This document shows, in pieces, positions 45,831 through 55,711 of a DNA stretch of 64,000 nt. The stretch comes from an uncultured Gemmatimonadaceae bacterium (GTDB lineage Bacteria; Gemmatimonadota; Gemmatimonadetes; Gemmatimonadales; Gemmatimonadaceae). Below the pieces are notes generated by a model that worked only from the letters and a program-made list of their open reading frames with translations, did no database searches and was not told where the DNA came from. The stretch lies in assembly GCA_963716745.1 (NCBI GenBank), contig OY970320.1:2976001-3040000 (forward strand). The letters run 5' to 3'. A program made the position numbers and the translations under genes. How positions within the stretch are numbered: position 1 is the first letter of the stretch; the number at the start of each line of letters is the position of its first letter.

Positions 45831-48800
45831 ATGCTCTGGACCGCTGCGGCAGCCGCCGCGGCGGTGGCTGCCGCGTGGTGGTTGCGCGACCCAGGAGTAC
45901 GCTACCTCGCGGTCGCGGCCGCCGCCACCGGTGTCGCGATGCTCCTCGGGTCGCGGCTGCCGGTGCGGGCGCGCGGCTGGGCGCTGGCGTTCGGCGCCGC
46001 CGCGGTGCTGTTCGTCGCGCTCGCGTCGGTGTCGCAGCTCAGCCTCACGCGGATCTCCTCCGATTGGCCGTCCTATCGCACGGCGCGCCTCGAACGCGGC
46101 GCGCTGGCGCTCAGCGGGGCGTACGCGCGCACCGCCACGTCGCTGCGCGAGGCGGCCATGCGCGCGCTCGATGCGCCGGCCGATCCGGTGGAAGCGTTTC
46201 GCGCGCTCGGACCGCTCGCGCCGGGCAGCGAGCGCGGCGTGCTGTTGTACGCGAAGGGGCAGCCGCTCGCGTGGGCGGGGCGGATGTTCACGGAGGCGGA
46301 CTCGCTCACCGCGCCGATCGGGATCGCGCGCGGCCCATTCTATGCGACGATGTACGCGACGGCGCTGCGCGGCGATCGGCGCGCGCTGGCCACCGCGGTG
46401 GTGCACGCCGAGCCGCCGGCCGACCGTCTCACGTCACCGGTGGATGGCGAGGTCGCGTTGCGCGAGGGCTTGAGCGGATTCCGTTTGCTCGTGCCGCTCG
46501 AGGACGGAGGCCCGCAGGTGGCGACGTTCGCGGACGGTCGCGATACGTTGTTGCGCGCGGAAGCGGTGGCGCCGGACTCCGAGGAGGCGCGGCTGATCGA
46601 ATCGGACCGGGCGCGGACGAGCGGGCTGCCGCTGGTCGCGATCGCGCTGGTGTTCATGGTGGCGGCGTCCTGGCGGCTGGGGCGCGGAGTGGCCTGGCGC
46701 TTGGCGCCGCTCGCGGCGGTGCTGCTCGCGGTCGCGGTGGCGCCGCTGAGCGCGCTGTCGTCACGCTCGGTGCTGTTCGATCCAACCGTGTACTACGCGA
46801 AGATCGGCGGGCCGTTCACGGCGAGCGCCGGCGCGCTCACGGTGGCGGCGGGATTCGCGTTGCTCGCGCTCATGCTGGCGCTCCGCGCACGGTTGCGCAC
46901 GCCGTCGCGCGGTATCGCCTTGCTCGTGGCGGCGGCAGTGGTGGGCGCGGCGCCGTTCCTCATGCGAGCGCTCGCGCGCGGCGTGTCGCCGCCGCCCGGC
47001 GGCGTGACGATCACGTTGTGGCTCGCCTGGGAGGTTTCGCTGTTCCTCACTGCGGCCACGCTGCTGGTGGCCGCCGCGGCGGCCGGCCGCTCCGCGCTCG
47101 GCCGCGCGCGCGTGCTGCCGGTGTGGCTCGCGCCGCTGCTGGCCAGCGTCGGCGCGATCACCGGTACGATCATCCTCGAGCCGCCGGGCGATTGGCCCTC
47201 CTGGTACACGCTACTATGGATGGCCGCGGTGGGCGCGCTCGCGATCTCCCGGCCGCACAAACGATACGTGCTCGCTGCCGGGATCGTCGCGGCGTGCGGG
47301 GCCGCGACGCTCACGTGGAACGCGGGCGTGCGCGGCCGCACGGCGCTCGCGAATCGCGATCTGGACGAGTTGACGTCGCCCGATCCCGACGTGACCGCGC
47401 TGCTGGCACGCTTCGGCGGCGTGCTCGCGATGCAGCCGCCGCCGCTCACGGAGCCCGAGCTGCTGCAGGCCTACATGCACTCGGACCTCGTGGGCGCGGG
47501 GTTCCCGGTGGCGCTCACGCGATGGAGTCCCACCGGCGAGATCCGCGCGCACATCGCGCTCGATCCCATCGAGCTGCCGGCGGACGCCGCGCGCGATCTG
47601 ATCGTGGGGGCGGGACGCGCCGGACGTCCGCTGGTGGAGACGGTGCTCGCGATGCCGGGCGTGCTCACGGCGCTCGCGGTGCCGTCGTATGGTGGCGGCG
47701 CGACCACGGTCACGGTCGCTCCGCGCACGCGTCTGATCCCCGAGAGTCCGTACATGCCGCTGCTCGGCTTGGCGCCGCGCGAGCACGGCGAACCGCCGTA
47801 CCAGATCTCGTTCGCGGGCGTGGATCCGGGCGGCGCCGTCGAGGCGGGCCGCACCACATGGTACCGCGGCGGCGACGATCTGCACGGCGACCGGGTCGTG
47901 CGCACCATGCACGGCCCGCGCCGCGCGCACATTGAGATCGCGCTGCGCTCGCCGATCGTGCTCGCGCAGCGCGGTGCGCTCGTCGTGATGCTCGACGTCA
48001 CCTTGCTGGCGCTCCTGTGGATCCTCACCGCCGCGCCCGGCCGCGTGAGCCGGCGATGGATGCGCGCAGGGCTGCGACGCTGGATGGCGAGCTATCGCGC
48101 GCGGCTCTCGCTGGCGCTGTTCGTCTTCTTCGTGCTGCCGGCGCTCGGCTTCGCGCTCTGGAGCTACGAGCGCCTGCTCACGGAGGACCGTCAGGCGCGC
48201 GAGCTCGTGGTGCGCGAGACGCTGCGCGCGGTGGAGAGCAGCGACATCGCGCGCATGGACTCCACCGGCGACCGGCTGCGCACGCCGCTGCTCGTATACC
48301 GCGCGGGGCTGCTGCGCTGGTCGAGCGACCCGCTGTGGGACGCGCTCGCGCCCACGGGGCGGCTGCTCGATCCGGCCACCTACCTGCTGCTGCGCGAGGG
48401 GCACGAAGAGTTCGCAGGCGAAGAAGAGCGCGTCGCCGGGGAGCGTGCGCTGTTCGGCTATCGCGCGGGCATCGTCGATGCCGGCGAGGCCTACGTGCTC
48501 GGCGCGCCGGGGCGCCTCGAGGACTTCGCGCTCGACCAGCGCCGGCGCGACCTCGCCGTGCTGCTGGCGCTCACCACGGTGCTCGGCGCGCTCGCGGCGC
48601 TGGCGCTCAGCCGCGCCGCCTCGCGCGCGCTCGCGCAGCCCATCGGCTCGCTGCGCGCCGCGGCGCTCGCGATCGCGGCGGGCGAGCATGAGCCGCCGCT
48701 CGAAGGCGAGCCGCCCGCCGAGTTCAGGCCGGTATTCTCGGCGTTCCGGCGAATGGCCGCGGACCTGGGCGCGAGCCGCGCGGCGCTCGAGGCGGCCGAG

Positions 48801-49778
48801 CGGCGCACGAGCGCGGTGCTGCGCAACGTGGCCACCGGCGTGGTGGCACTCGGTCCCGGCGGCGACGTGACGATCGCGAACCCGCGCGCCGAAGCGTTGC
48901 TCGATCACCCGCTGCCGCTGGGCACGCCGCTCGCGCGCGTGAACGCCGTGATCGCGCGGCAGGTGGCCACGTTCCTCGCATCGGATCGCGAGGAAGAGGA
49001 ATTCGAGACCGCGCTCGGCGAGCAGCAAATGCAAGCGCGGCTCACGCGCTTGGGGAGCGGCGGCGCGGTGCTCACGCTGGACGACGTGACGGAACTCGCG
49101 CGCGCCCAGCGCGTGCTCGCGTGGGGCGAAATGGCGCGGCAGGTGGCGCACGAGATCAAGAATCCGCTCACGCCGATCCGCCTCGGCGTGCAGCACCTCC
49201 AGCGCACGTACCAGGATTCCCGCGCGGACTTCGACCGGATCCTCGGCGACAACGCGACGCGCATCCTGGCCGAGATCGACCGGCTGGACGAGATCGCGCG
49301 CGCGTTCAGCCGGTATGGCAGCGCGCCGGCGAGCAGTATGCAGACCGAGGCGACCGACGTCGCGGCGGTGGTGCGCGACGTGATGGCGCTCGAGAAGATG
49401 GGGCGCGACAGCGTGGAGTGGCGGCTGCATGAGGATGGCGAGCGCGCGCTCGCGGTGGCGCGGCCCGATGAATTGCGCGAGGTGATGCTCAACGTGCTGG
49501 AGAACGCGCGCCACGCTGGAGCGACGCACGTGGACGTTCGTGTGTCGCCGCAGGACGGGCGCGTGCACGTGGAGGTGCGCGACGATGGCCGCGGCATTCC
49601 CGCGAGCGTGATGCCGCGACTGTTCGAGCCGCACTTCTCCACGCGCACGAGCGGGAGCGGACTCGGGTTGCCGATCAGCCGGCAACTGGTGGAATCGTGG
49701 GGCGGCGCGATCGCCGTCGCGAGCGAGGTGGACAAGGGGACCACGGTGCGCATCGAGCTGCGGCGCGTGGAATCGTGA
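45831..49778 (+). CDS. Large multi-TM sensor histidine kinase (NtrY-like HAMP-PAS-HisKA-HATPase)
   Basis: AWGEMARQVAHEIKNPLTPI, NVLENA, DDGRGI, LFEPHFST..GSGLGL; start uncertain (45804-45831). Confidence 0.9.
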   Translation: MLWTAAAAAAAVAAAWWLRDPGVRYLAVAAAATGVAMLLGSRLPVRARGWALAFGAAAVLFVALASVSQLSLTRISSDWPSYRTARLERGALALSGAYARTATSLREAAMRALDAPADPVEAFRALGPLAPGSERGVLLYAKGQPLAWAGRMFTEADSLTAPIGIARGPFYATMYATALRGDRRALATAVVHAEPPADRLTSPVDGEVALREGLSGFRLLVPLEDGGPQVATFADGRDTLLRAEAVAPDSEEARLIESDRARTSGLPLVAIALVFMVAASWRLGRGVAWRLAPLAAVLLAVAVAPLSALSSRSVLFDPTVYYAKIGGPFTASAGALTVAAGFALLALMLALRARLRTPSRGIALLVAAAVVGAAPFLMRALARGVSPPPGGVTITLWLAWEVSLFLTAATLLVAAAAAGRSALGRARVLPVWLAPLLASVGAITGTIILEPPGDWPSWYTLLWMAAVGALAISRPHKRYVLAAGIVAACGAATLTWNAGVRGRTALANRDLDELTSPDPDVTALLARFGGVLAMQPPPLTEPELLQAYMHSDLVGAGFPVALTRWSPTGEIRAHIALDPIELPADAARDLIVGAGRAGRPLVETVLAMPGVLTALAVPSYGGGATTVTVAPRTRLIPESPYMPLLGLAPREHGEPPYQISFAGVDPGGAVEAGRTTWYRGGDDLHGDRVVRTMHGPRRAHIEIALRSPIVLAQRGALVVMLDVTLLALLWILTAAPGRVSRRWMRAGLRRWMASYRARLSLALFVFFVLPALGFALWSYERLLTEDRQARELVVRETLRAVESSDIARMDSTGDRLRTPLLVYRAGLLRWSSDPLWDALAPTGRLLDPATYLLLREGHEEFAGEEERVAGERALFGYRAGIVDAGEAYVLGAPGRLEDFALDQRRRDLAVLLALTTVLGALAALALSRAASRALAQPIGSLRAAALAIAAGEHEPPLEGEPPAEFRPVFSAFRRMAADLGASRAALEAAERRTSAVLRNVATGVVALGPGGDVTIANPRAEALLDHPLPLGTPLARVNAVIARQVATFLASDREEEEFETALGEQQMQARLTRLGSGGAVLTLDDVTELARAQRVLAWGEMARQVAHEIKNPLTPIRLGVQHLQRTYQDSRADFDRILGDNATRILAEIDRLDEIARAFSRYGSAPASSMQTEATDVAAVVRDVMALEKMGRDSVEWRLHEDGERALAVARPDELREVMLNVLENARHAGATHVDVRVSPQDGRVHVEVRDDGRGIPASVMPRLFEPHFSTRTSGSGLGLPISRQLVESWGGAIAVASEVDKGTTVRIELRRVES

Positions 49779-50854
49779 GAGCGATCGCGTGCGGCGCGGC
49801 GCTGCTCGTGGCGGCGGCGTGCGGCGGGACGCATCCGGCGACGGCGCAGCACGCGGATACATTGGTCGTCGCGAGAGACAGCGCGACGGTGCTGGCCGGC
49901 TACGCGCCGCCTGAGCAATGCGCGCAGTCGCCAGCGCGGCCCGCGCCTGCCGTGAGCGTGGCGGCGCACGCGGCTGACAGCGCGCCGCCCAAGTCGCGCT
50001 CGCGCGCCGCCGCGAACAAGAAGGGACGCGCCTATGCCGATACCGTGCGCGCGCCGCCGGAGATCCCGGCATCGCTGCCCGGGTCGCTGTTCCCCGGGTG
50101 CCGCGTGCTCGCGTACTACGGCAATCCGCTCTCGAAACGCATGGGGATCCTCGGTGCACTGCCGGGCGATTCGATGCTCGCGCGTCTCGCACGGCATGCG
50201 AAGGAGTACCACGCGCTGGACAGCGCGATGCCGGTGATCGTCGCGCTGCAGCTTGTGACGCCGGTGGCGCAGGCCGCGCCGGGCGGCGGTGGAAAATACC
50301 GATTGCGAATGAAGGATTCGACGATCGAGCATTTCGCGGCGCTCGCCGAGAAAGCGCACGGACTGCTCGTGCTGGACATGCAGGTGGGGAAGAGCACCGT
50401 CGGCGCGGAACTCGTGCCGCTCATGACCTATTTGCAACGGCCGTACGTGCATCTCGCGCTCGATCCGGAGTTCTCAGTGAAGCGCGCGGACAAGCGGCCG
50501 GGGCAGGTGATCGGCACACTCGATGCGAGCGACGTGAATCTCGCGATCGACACGCTCGCCGCGCTCGTGACGCGCTACCACTTGCCGCCGAAAATGCTCG
50601 TCGTGCACCGGTTCACGATCCCGATGCTCACGCACGCGCCCGCGATCAAGCTGGACCCGCGCGTGCAGGTGGTGCTCGACATGGACGGATTCGGTCCGCC
50701 GGAAGACAAGTACGGATCGTACGGCGCGTACGCGCACGACCGTCCGGTGGAATTCCCCGGCGTGAAACTGTTCTTCAAGCAGGACATGCCCATGCTCACG
50801 CCGCGCCAGGTGCTGGGACTGGACCCGCAGCCGGTGTACGTGCAGTACCAATAG
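49775..50854 (+). CDS. Conserved hypothetical lipoprotein
   Basis: Lipobox VAAA-C; globular domain YYGNPLSKRMGILG...HLALDPEF...DGFG; GTG overlaps the kinase stop. Confidence 0.7.
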   Translation: MRAIACGAALLVAAACGGTHPATAQHADTLVVARDSATVLAGYAPPEQCAQSPARPAPAVSVAAHAADSAPPKSRSRAAANKKGRAYADTVRAPPEIPASLPGSLFPGCRVLAYYGNPLSKRMGILGALPGDSMLARLARHAKEYHALDSAMPVIVALQLVTPVAQAAPGGGGKYRLRMKDSTIEHFAALAEKAHGLLVLDMQVGKSTVGAELVPLMTYLQRPYVHLALDPEFSVKRADKRPGQVIGTLDASDVNLAIDTLAALVTRYHLPPKMLVVHRFTIPMLTHAPAIKLDPRVQVVLDMDGFGPPEDKYGSYGAYAHDRPVEFPGVKLFFKQDMPMLTPRQVLGLDPQPVYVQYQ

Positions 50855-50935
50855 CACGCTCGGAGTTGACAGGCCTCGCGGCCGCGGGCATCGTCTCTTG
50901 ATCACACGAGCGACCGAGCGATCCTTGGCCAGGAG

Positions 50936-51556
50936 ATGATGATGCGCACTCACACGCGATGGCTCGCCGCGCTGCTTATCGTTGCGGCCGGGTGCTCGAA
51001 GCCGGCGGACAAGCCCGCCGTAGCCGCGCCGGATACCACGGCCGCACCCGCGCCCGCTCCACCGCCCGCGCCTGTGCCGGCCCCCGCGCCTGCGCCCGCA
51101 CCGGCCCCGGCTCCAGCGGCGAAAGCCGAAACTACCGGGCAGATGAAACTGCGTCCCGCTCCCGCGCCGGCGTCGACCTTCAAGGTGCCCACCGCTGAGG
51201 TGGACCATGTGGACTTCGTGGGCCACGGTGCGGACCAGCAGGTGAGTCTCGTCGTGGACACGCTGACCAACGTCTCGTATGCGCATGGCACGCGTGACGT
51301 GACGTGCAAGGATGGGACGATGGTGAAGAGCGCGATCACGATGGCGGTCTACGGCGAGAACAACACGTTCAAACGCCCGGTGGGATCCGGCTGGTACGCC
51401 GCCAACCTCGAGCCCGGCCAGTGCGGCGCGAAGAAGGCGCTGATCTACGGCGAGCGCTTCGACGCCAACGGCACGGTGACCGCCGTAGGATTCGCGGCGA
51501 TCGATCCCAAGACGCACGAGCTCGTGGTGGCCGCGACGCCGGTCTCGACGCCGTAG
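50936..51556 (+). CDS. Lipoprotein with a Pro/Ala-rich linker
   Basis: Lipobox AAG-C, (PA)n tract, small C-terminal domain with two Cys; aggag RBS. Confidence 0.75.
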   Translation: MMMRTHTRWLAALLIVAAGCSKPADKPAVAAPDTTAAPAPAPPPAPVPAPAPAPAPAPAPAAKAETTGQMKLRPAPAPASTFKVPTAEVDHVDFVGHGADQQVSLVVDTLTNVSYAHGTRDVTCKDGTMVKSAITMAVYGENNTFKRPVGSGWYAANLEPGQCGAKKALIYGERFDANGTVTAVGFAAIDPKTHELVVAATPVSTP

Positions 51557-51633
51557 CTCGACGCGCAATGTGGTGATGCGGCGCGCGTCGCTCCGGTGAC
51601 GCGCGCCGCTCTGTCATCCGGCACGTTGCGCGC

Positions 51634-53143
51634 ATGCTCGCCGCCGTCCGGTCCGCCGCCGTCATCGGGATCAATGCGTACGACGTGACGGTGGAGGTCG
51701 ACGCGGCCACCGGGCTCCCGCAATTCACGATCGTGGGCCTGCCGGCCGGCGCGGTGAAAGAGAGCCGCGAACGCGTGGGCGCGGCGCTCGTGAACTCCGG
51801 CTTCGCGGTGCCGCCGCGCCGGATCACGGTGAATCTCGCGCCCGCCGACATTCGCAAGGATGGCACCGCCTTCGATCTCCCGATCGCGCTCGGCATCCTC
51901 GTCGCGACGAAGCAGCTCGATGCCACCGCGTTGACCCATCTCGCCGCCGTGGGCGAACTCGGACTGGATGGTTCGCTGCGCGCGATCCGTGGCGCCCTGC
52001 CCATCGCGCGGCGCGTTGCGCCGACGGGCCTCACTTTGGTGCTGCCGCCCGCGAACACCGCGGAGGCCTCGTTGGTGAGCGCGGTGTCTCTTTCGGCGCC
52101 GCGTACGCTCGAGGAACTGGTCGTTGCGCTCCGAGCCGGCCGAGCGCCTACCGCCGAGCGCCTAGTGCCGCGGTCCGCTTCCTCAGCCGGATCCTCCCGA
52201 CCTCGCCGACGTCGTGGGCCAAGCGGCCGCGAAACGCGCGCTCGAGATCGCGGCGGCCGGCGGGCACAACCTCGTGATGGTGGGCCCGCCCGGCGCGGGG
52301 AAGACGATGCTCGCGCGGCGGCTTCCGGGGATCCTGCCGGCGCTGAGCGAGAGCGAAGCGCTCGAAGTGACGGCCATCCACTCGGTGGCCGGATTGCTCA
52401 CGCCTGGATCACCGCTCGCGATCGCGCGTCCGTTCCGCGCACCGCACCACACGATCAGCGACGCCGGGCTGATCGGTGGCGGCTCGCCCCCGCGCCCGGG
52501 CGAAGTGAGCCTGGCGCACCACGGTGTGCTCTTCCTGGACGAGCTGCTCGAGTTCCGGCGGCACGTGGTGGAATCGCTGCGCCAGCCGCTCGAGGACGGG
52601 CACGTGACGATCGCGCGCGCGACAATGGCGGTGATGTTCCCGGCGCGATTCACGTTGGTGGGCGCGATGAACCCGTGTCCGTGCGGCGCCGCGGGGGATC
52701 CGTCGCGCAGCTGTGCGTGCTCGGCGTCGGAGATCGCGCACTATCGCGCGCGCCTCTCGGGACCAATGACGGACCGCGTGGACATGCACGTGCACGTCGG
52801 TGCGGTGAGTGTGCGCGCGCTCGGCGAGGGCGTGGCGGGAGAGCGGAGCGCGGATGTGCGTGCGCGCGTGGAGGCGGCGCGCGAGCGCCAGCGCACGCGC
52901 TTTTGCGGAGTTCCGGGCGTTGGCGCGAACGCGCACGCGCCGCCCCGCTGGCTGGACCGCAACGGCGGCGTGACGACGGAAGCGCGCGAGCTGTTGGCCG
53001 GTGCGGCTGAGCGACTGGAGTTCACGGCGCGGGCATATCACCGGGTGCTGCGTGTGGCGCGCACGATAGCTGACCTGGACGGGAGTTCTGAGGTCCAGCC
53101 CGAGCATGTCGCGGAAGCGATAGGATATCGCGCGACGAGATGA
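51634..53143 (+). CDS. comM: YifB/ComM Mg-chelatase-like AAA+ ATPase (apparent +1 frameshift near 52190)
   Basis: VGLP..AVKESRERV, NLAPADIRKDG..FDLPIA, then GPPGAGKTML, RPFRAPHH, GEVSLAHHGVLFLDE, NPCPCG, RVARTIADL. Confidence 0.92.
52141..52168. repeat. Family F heptamer array in the ComM interdomain linker
   Basis: cgagcgc ctaccgc cgagcgc ctagtgc (reverse complement of the dnaX 3864-type units). Confidence 0.6.
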
Positions 53144-53150
53144 ACGTCGT

Positions 53151-53301
53151 AACCACAGACGGCGTGTTGGAACCGCCGACGGCGGAACTGGTACCGCGAG
53201 AGGCGCGTTAGCGTTGGGACGTGCCGTACCCAACGCCAGTTCCAACGCGCCGTTCGCGGTACTACCACGCCGTCAGCGGTTCCAGTCCCGCTCTTAGCGT
53301 T
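53151..53301. repeat. Family B palindromic element, copy 5
   Basis: aaccacagacggcgtgttgg aaccgccgacggcggaactgg taccgcgagaggcgcgttagcgttggg ... cccaacgcc...cgcggta ctaccacgccgtcagcggtt ccagtcccgc. Confidence 0.85.
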
Positions 53302-53342
53302 TGGAATTGCCAACGGGTGAGTTGTTCCGTATTTCTCTCGCT

Positions 53343-54791
53343 ATGAGTTCCGCGCCCCAACTCGCATCCATCATCGCTGGCGCCGCGCGAAAGAGCGGTG
53401 GCGACGGGTGGATCGATTCCGTAAATCCGTCGGATGCGTCAGACATCGTCGCGCGCGTGCCCGAGGGCGCGCCGGACGATGTGCATGCAGCGCTGCGCGC
53501 CGCGGGCGACGCGTACCCGGCGTGGCGCGCGCTCACCGGAATGCAGCGCGCCGAGCATTTGCACAAATGGGCGGAGGTGGTGGCGCAGCGCCAAGAGGAT
53601 CTCGCGCAAGCGATGGTTCGCGAGGTCGGGAAGCCAGTAGCGGAAGCGCGCGGCGAGGCGGCTCGTGCCGTGGTGATCCTCCGCTACTATGCCGGCGAAG
53701 CGGTGCGGCCGAGCGGCACCGTGATCCCGTCGCAGGCCGCTGGCGCGATGCAGTTCGCGCTTCAGGAGCCGCTCGGCATCGCGGCGCTCATCACGCCGTG
53801 GAATTTCCCCGTCGCCATTCCTCTCTGGAAAGCGGCGCCGGCGCTCGCGTTCGGGAACACGGTGGTGCTCAAACCGAGCGAGATGGCGTCGCACGTCGCG
53901 ACGCTGCTCGCGGAAACGGCGATCGCGGCCGGGCTCCCCGCGGGCGTGTTCAACGTGCTGCTCGGTTCAGGCGTGATGGCGGGAGAGATCTTGATCAGCC
54001 AGCCACAGGTGCGGCTGGTGAGCTTCACGGGCTCGATGAAAGTGGGGACGCGCGTCGCGACGATCGCGGCGAAGCGCAATGCGCGGTTCCAGACGGAGAT
54101 GGGCGGGAAGAATGTGGCCATCGTACTGCCCGACGCGGACATTGCGCAGGCGGCGTCGCTCATCGCGGCGGGCGCGATGCGCTATGCCGGGCAGAAATGC
54201 ACGGCCACGAGCCGCGTGATCGTCGAGAAATCGGTCGAAGGGAAGTTCCTCGACGCGCTGCGCGCGCAAGTGGCGGCGCTCGTGCTCGGTCCGGTGAGCG
54301 ACGCGAAAGCCGCGATCGGACCGCTCATCAGCGAGGCGAGCCGCGCGAACATCCGCACCGTGCTCGACGCCGCGAAGGCGGAAGCGGTGTACGCGGGCGA
54401 GATCCCCAAGAGCGCCGAGTTCGCGAAGGGCTATTGGATGGCGCCCATGGTGTTGCGCGGCGGATCGCCCGACGCGGACCTCGCGCAGCGCGAACTGTTC
54501 GGTCCCGTGCTGGCGACATTCACCGCCGACGATCTCGACCACGCCCTCGCGCTCGCGAACGGCACGCCGTACGGATTGAGCGCATCGTTGTTCACGCGCG
54601 ACCTGCGTGCGGCGCTCGCGTACATTCCGCGCATCCACGCGGGGCTCGTCCGCGTGAACGCCGACACGACCGGCGTGGATCCGCACGCGCCGTTCGGCGG
54701 CACGAAAGGCTCCAGCTCCGGATCGCGCGAGCAAGGTCCCGCCGCGCGTGAGTTCTACACCGAGACGAAGACGGTCCAGATCAACCCGTGA
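53343..54791 (+). CDS. Aldehyde dehydrogenase, probable alpha-ketoglutaric semialdehyde dehydrogenase
   Basis: ITPWNFP, FTGS, EMGGKN, AGQKCTA, ELFGPV; first gene of the hydroxyproline cluster. Confidence 0.85.
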   Translation: MSSAPQLASIIAGAARKSGGDGWIDSVNPSDASDIVARVPEGAPDDVHAALRAAGDAYPAWRALTGMQRAEHLHKWAEVVAQRQEDLAQAMVREVGKPVAEARGEAARAVVILRYYAGEAVRPSGTVIPSQAAGAMQFALQEPLGIAALITPWNFPVAIPLWKAAPALAFGNTVVLKPSEMASHVATLLAETAIAAGLPAGVFNVLLGSGVMAGEILISQPQVRLVSFTGSMKVGTRVATIAAKRNARFQTEMGGKNVAIVLPDADIAQAASLIAAGAMRYAGQKCTATSRVIVEKSVEGKFLDALRAQVAALVLGPVSDAKAAIGPLISEASRANIRTVLDAAKAEAVYAGEIPKSAEFAKGYWMAPMVLRGGSPDADLAQRELFGPVLATFTADDLDHALALANGTPYGLSASLFTRDLRAALAYIPRIHAGLVRVNADTTGVDPHAPFGGTKGSSSGSREQGPAAREFYTETKTVQINP

Positions 54792-55711
54792 CGGAGACCA
54801 GGATGCGGCAGAGCGACTGGCAGGGCGTCTTCCCGGCGATCACCACGCCCTTCGACGAGACCCTCGCGGTGGACCACGCGGCGCTCAAGGCGCACGTCGC
54901 GTGGCTGGCGCAAACAGGTTCGCGCGGCATCGTCGCGCTCGGTTCGCTCGGCGAAGGCGCGACACTCTCATACGATGAGAAGGTCGCCGTGCTCAAGAGT
55001 TGCAAGGCCGGCGCGGGCAGCGGCACGCCGGTGGTGGCGGGGATCGCGGCGCTCTCCACCGCCGAGGCCGTGTCGTTGGCGAGAGACGCGGAGAAAGCCG
55101 GATGCGACGGCCTCATGGTGCTGCCGCCGTACGTCTACCAGGGCGACGAGCGCGAGACCGCGGCGCATTTCCAGGCGGTGCTCGCCGCCACGCCGCTCTC
55201 GTGCATGCTCTACAACAATCCGATCGCATACGGCACCGACGTCACGCCGGCGCAGCTCGCGGTGCTCGTGCGCCACGCGAACTTGCACGCGGTGAAGGAC
55301 TCGAGCGGCGATGTGCGGCGTCTCACCGCGATCGGCGAGGAACTCGGCGCGCGATTGCGCGTGTTCGTGGGTCTCGACGATCTGATCCTCGAAGGCGTGG
55401 GCGCCGGGGCGGTGGGTTGGGTGGCCGGCCTCGTGAATGCGCTGCCGGAGGAGACCGTGCGGCTGTTCGATCTCGCGGCGGCGGGGAAGCGCGAGGAGGC
55501 GCGCGCGCTCTATCACTGGTTCCTGCCGCTCCTGCGGCTCGACACCGGCAAGAAGTTCGTGCAACTCATCAAGCTGGTGCAGCAACTCGTGGATCGCGGG
55601 AGCGAGCGCGTGCGCCCGCCACGGCTCGAACTCGCGGGCGCGGAGCGCGAGGAGGCGCTCGCGCTCATCCGCGCGCAATTGGCGTCGCGGCCGGGTGGCG
55701 GCAAGCGATGA
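54788..55711 (+). CDS. DapA-family protein, probable 1-pyrroline-4-hydroxy-2-carboxylate deaminase
   Basis: WQGVFPAITTPF, GSLGE, YNNP..Y, AVKDSSGDVRR, GWVAGLVNA, FVQLIKL; gene context. Confidence 0.82.
   Translation: MTETRMRQSDWQGVFPAITTPFDETLAVDHAALKAHVAWLAQTGSRGIVALGSLGEGATLSYDEKVAVLKSCKAGAGSGTPVVAGIAALSTAEAVSLARDAEKAGCDGLMVLPPYVYQGDERETAAHFQAVLAATPLSCMLYNNPIAYGTDVTPAQLAVLVRHANLHAVKDSSGDVRRLTAIGEELGARLRVFVGLDDLILEGVGAGAVGWVAGLVNALPEETVRLFDLAAAGKREEARALYHWFLPLLRLDTGKKFVQLIKLVQQLVDRGSERVRPPRLELAGAEREEALALIRAQLASRPGGGKR

Noticed and set aside
41683..50192. Very long antisense ORFs (844 aa and 992 aa) as overlapping genes
   Set aside because: Arg/Ala/His-rich shadow ORFs opposite well-supported genes, with no motifs; expected at this GC content.
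51040..51120. GC-rich tandem repeat as another member of the heptamer system
   Set aside because: The period is 6 nt with synonymous variation, i.e. an ordinary Pro-Ala protein linker.
51620..51633. Sigma-54 promoter (GG-N10-GC) before comM
   Set aside because: Poor match to TGGCAC-N5-TTGC and it abuts the ATG, leaving no room for a transcription start.
51634..53143. Mg-chelatase subunit, i.e. a photosynthesis cluster together with the BchO-like gene
   Set aside because: Motifs are those of YifB/ComM, not BchI/D; it is 19 kb from the BchO-like gene and no other bch/puf genes are present.
13634..53301. Family B as CRISPR repeats or integron attC sites
   Set aside because: Copies are dispersed singly between chromosomal housekeeping genes. 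There is no repeat-spacer array, no integrase, and I could not identify consistent RYYYAAC/GTTRRRY ends.
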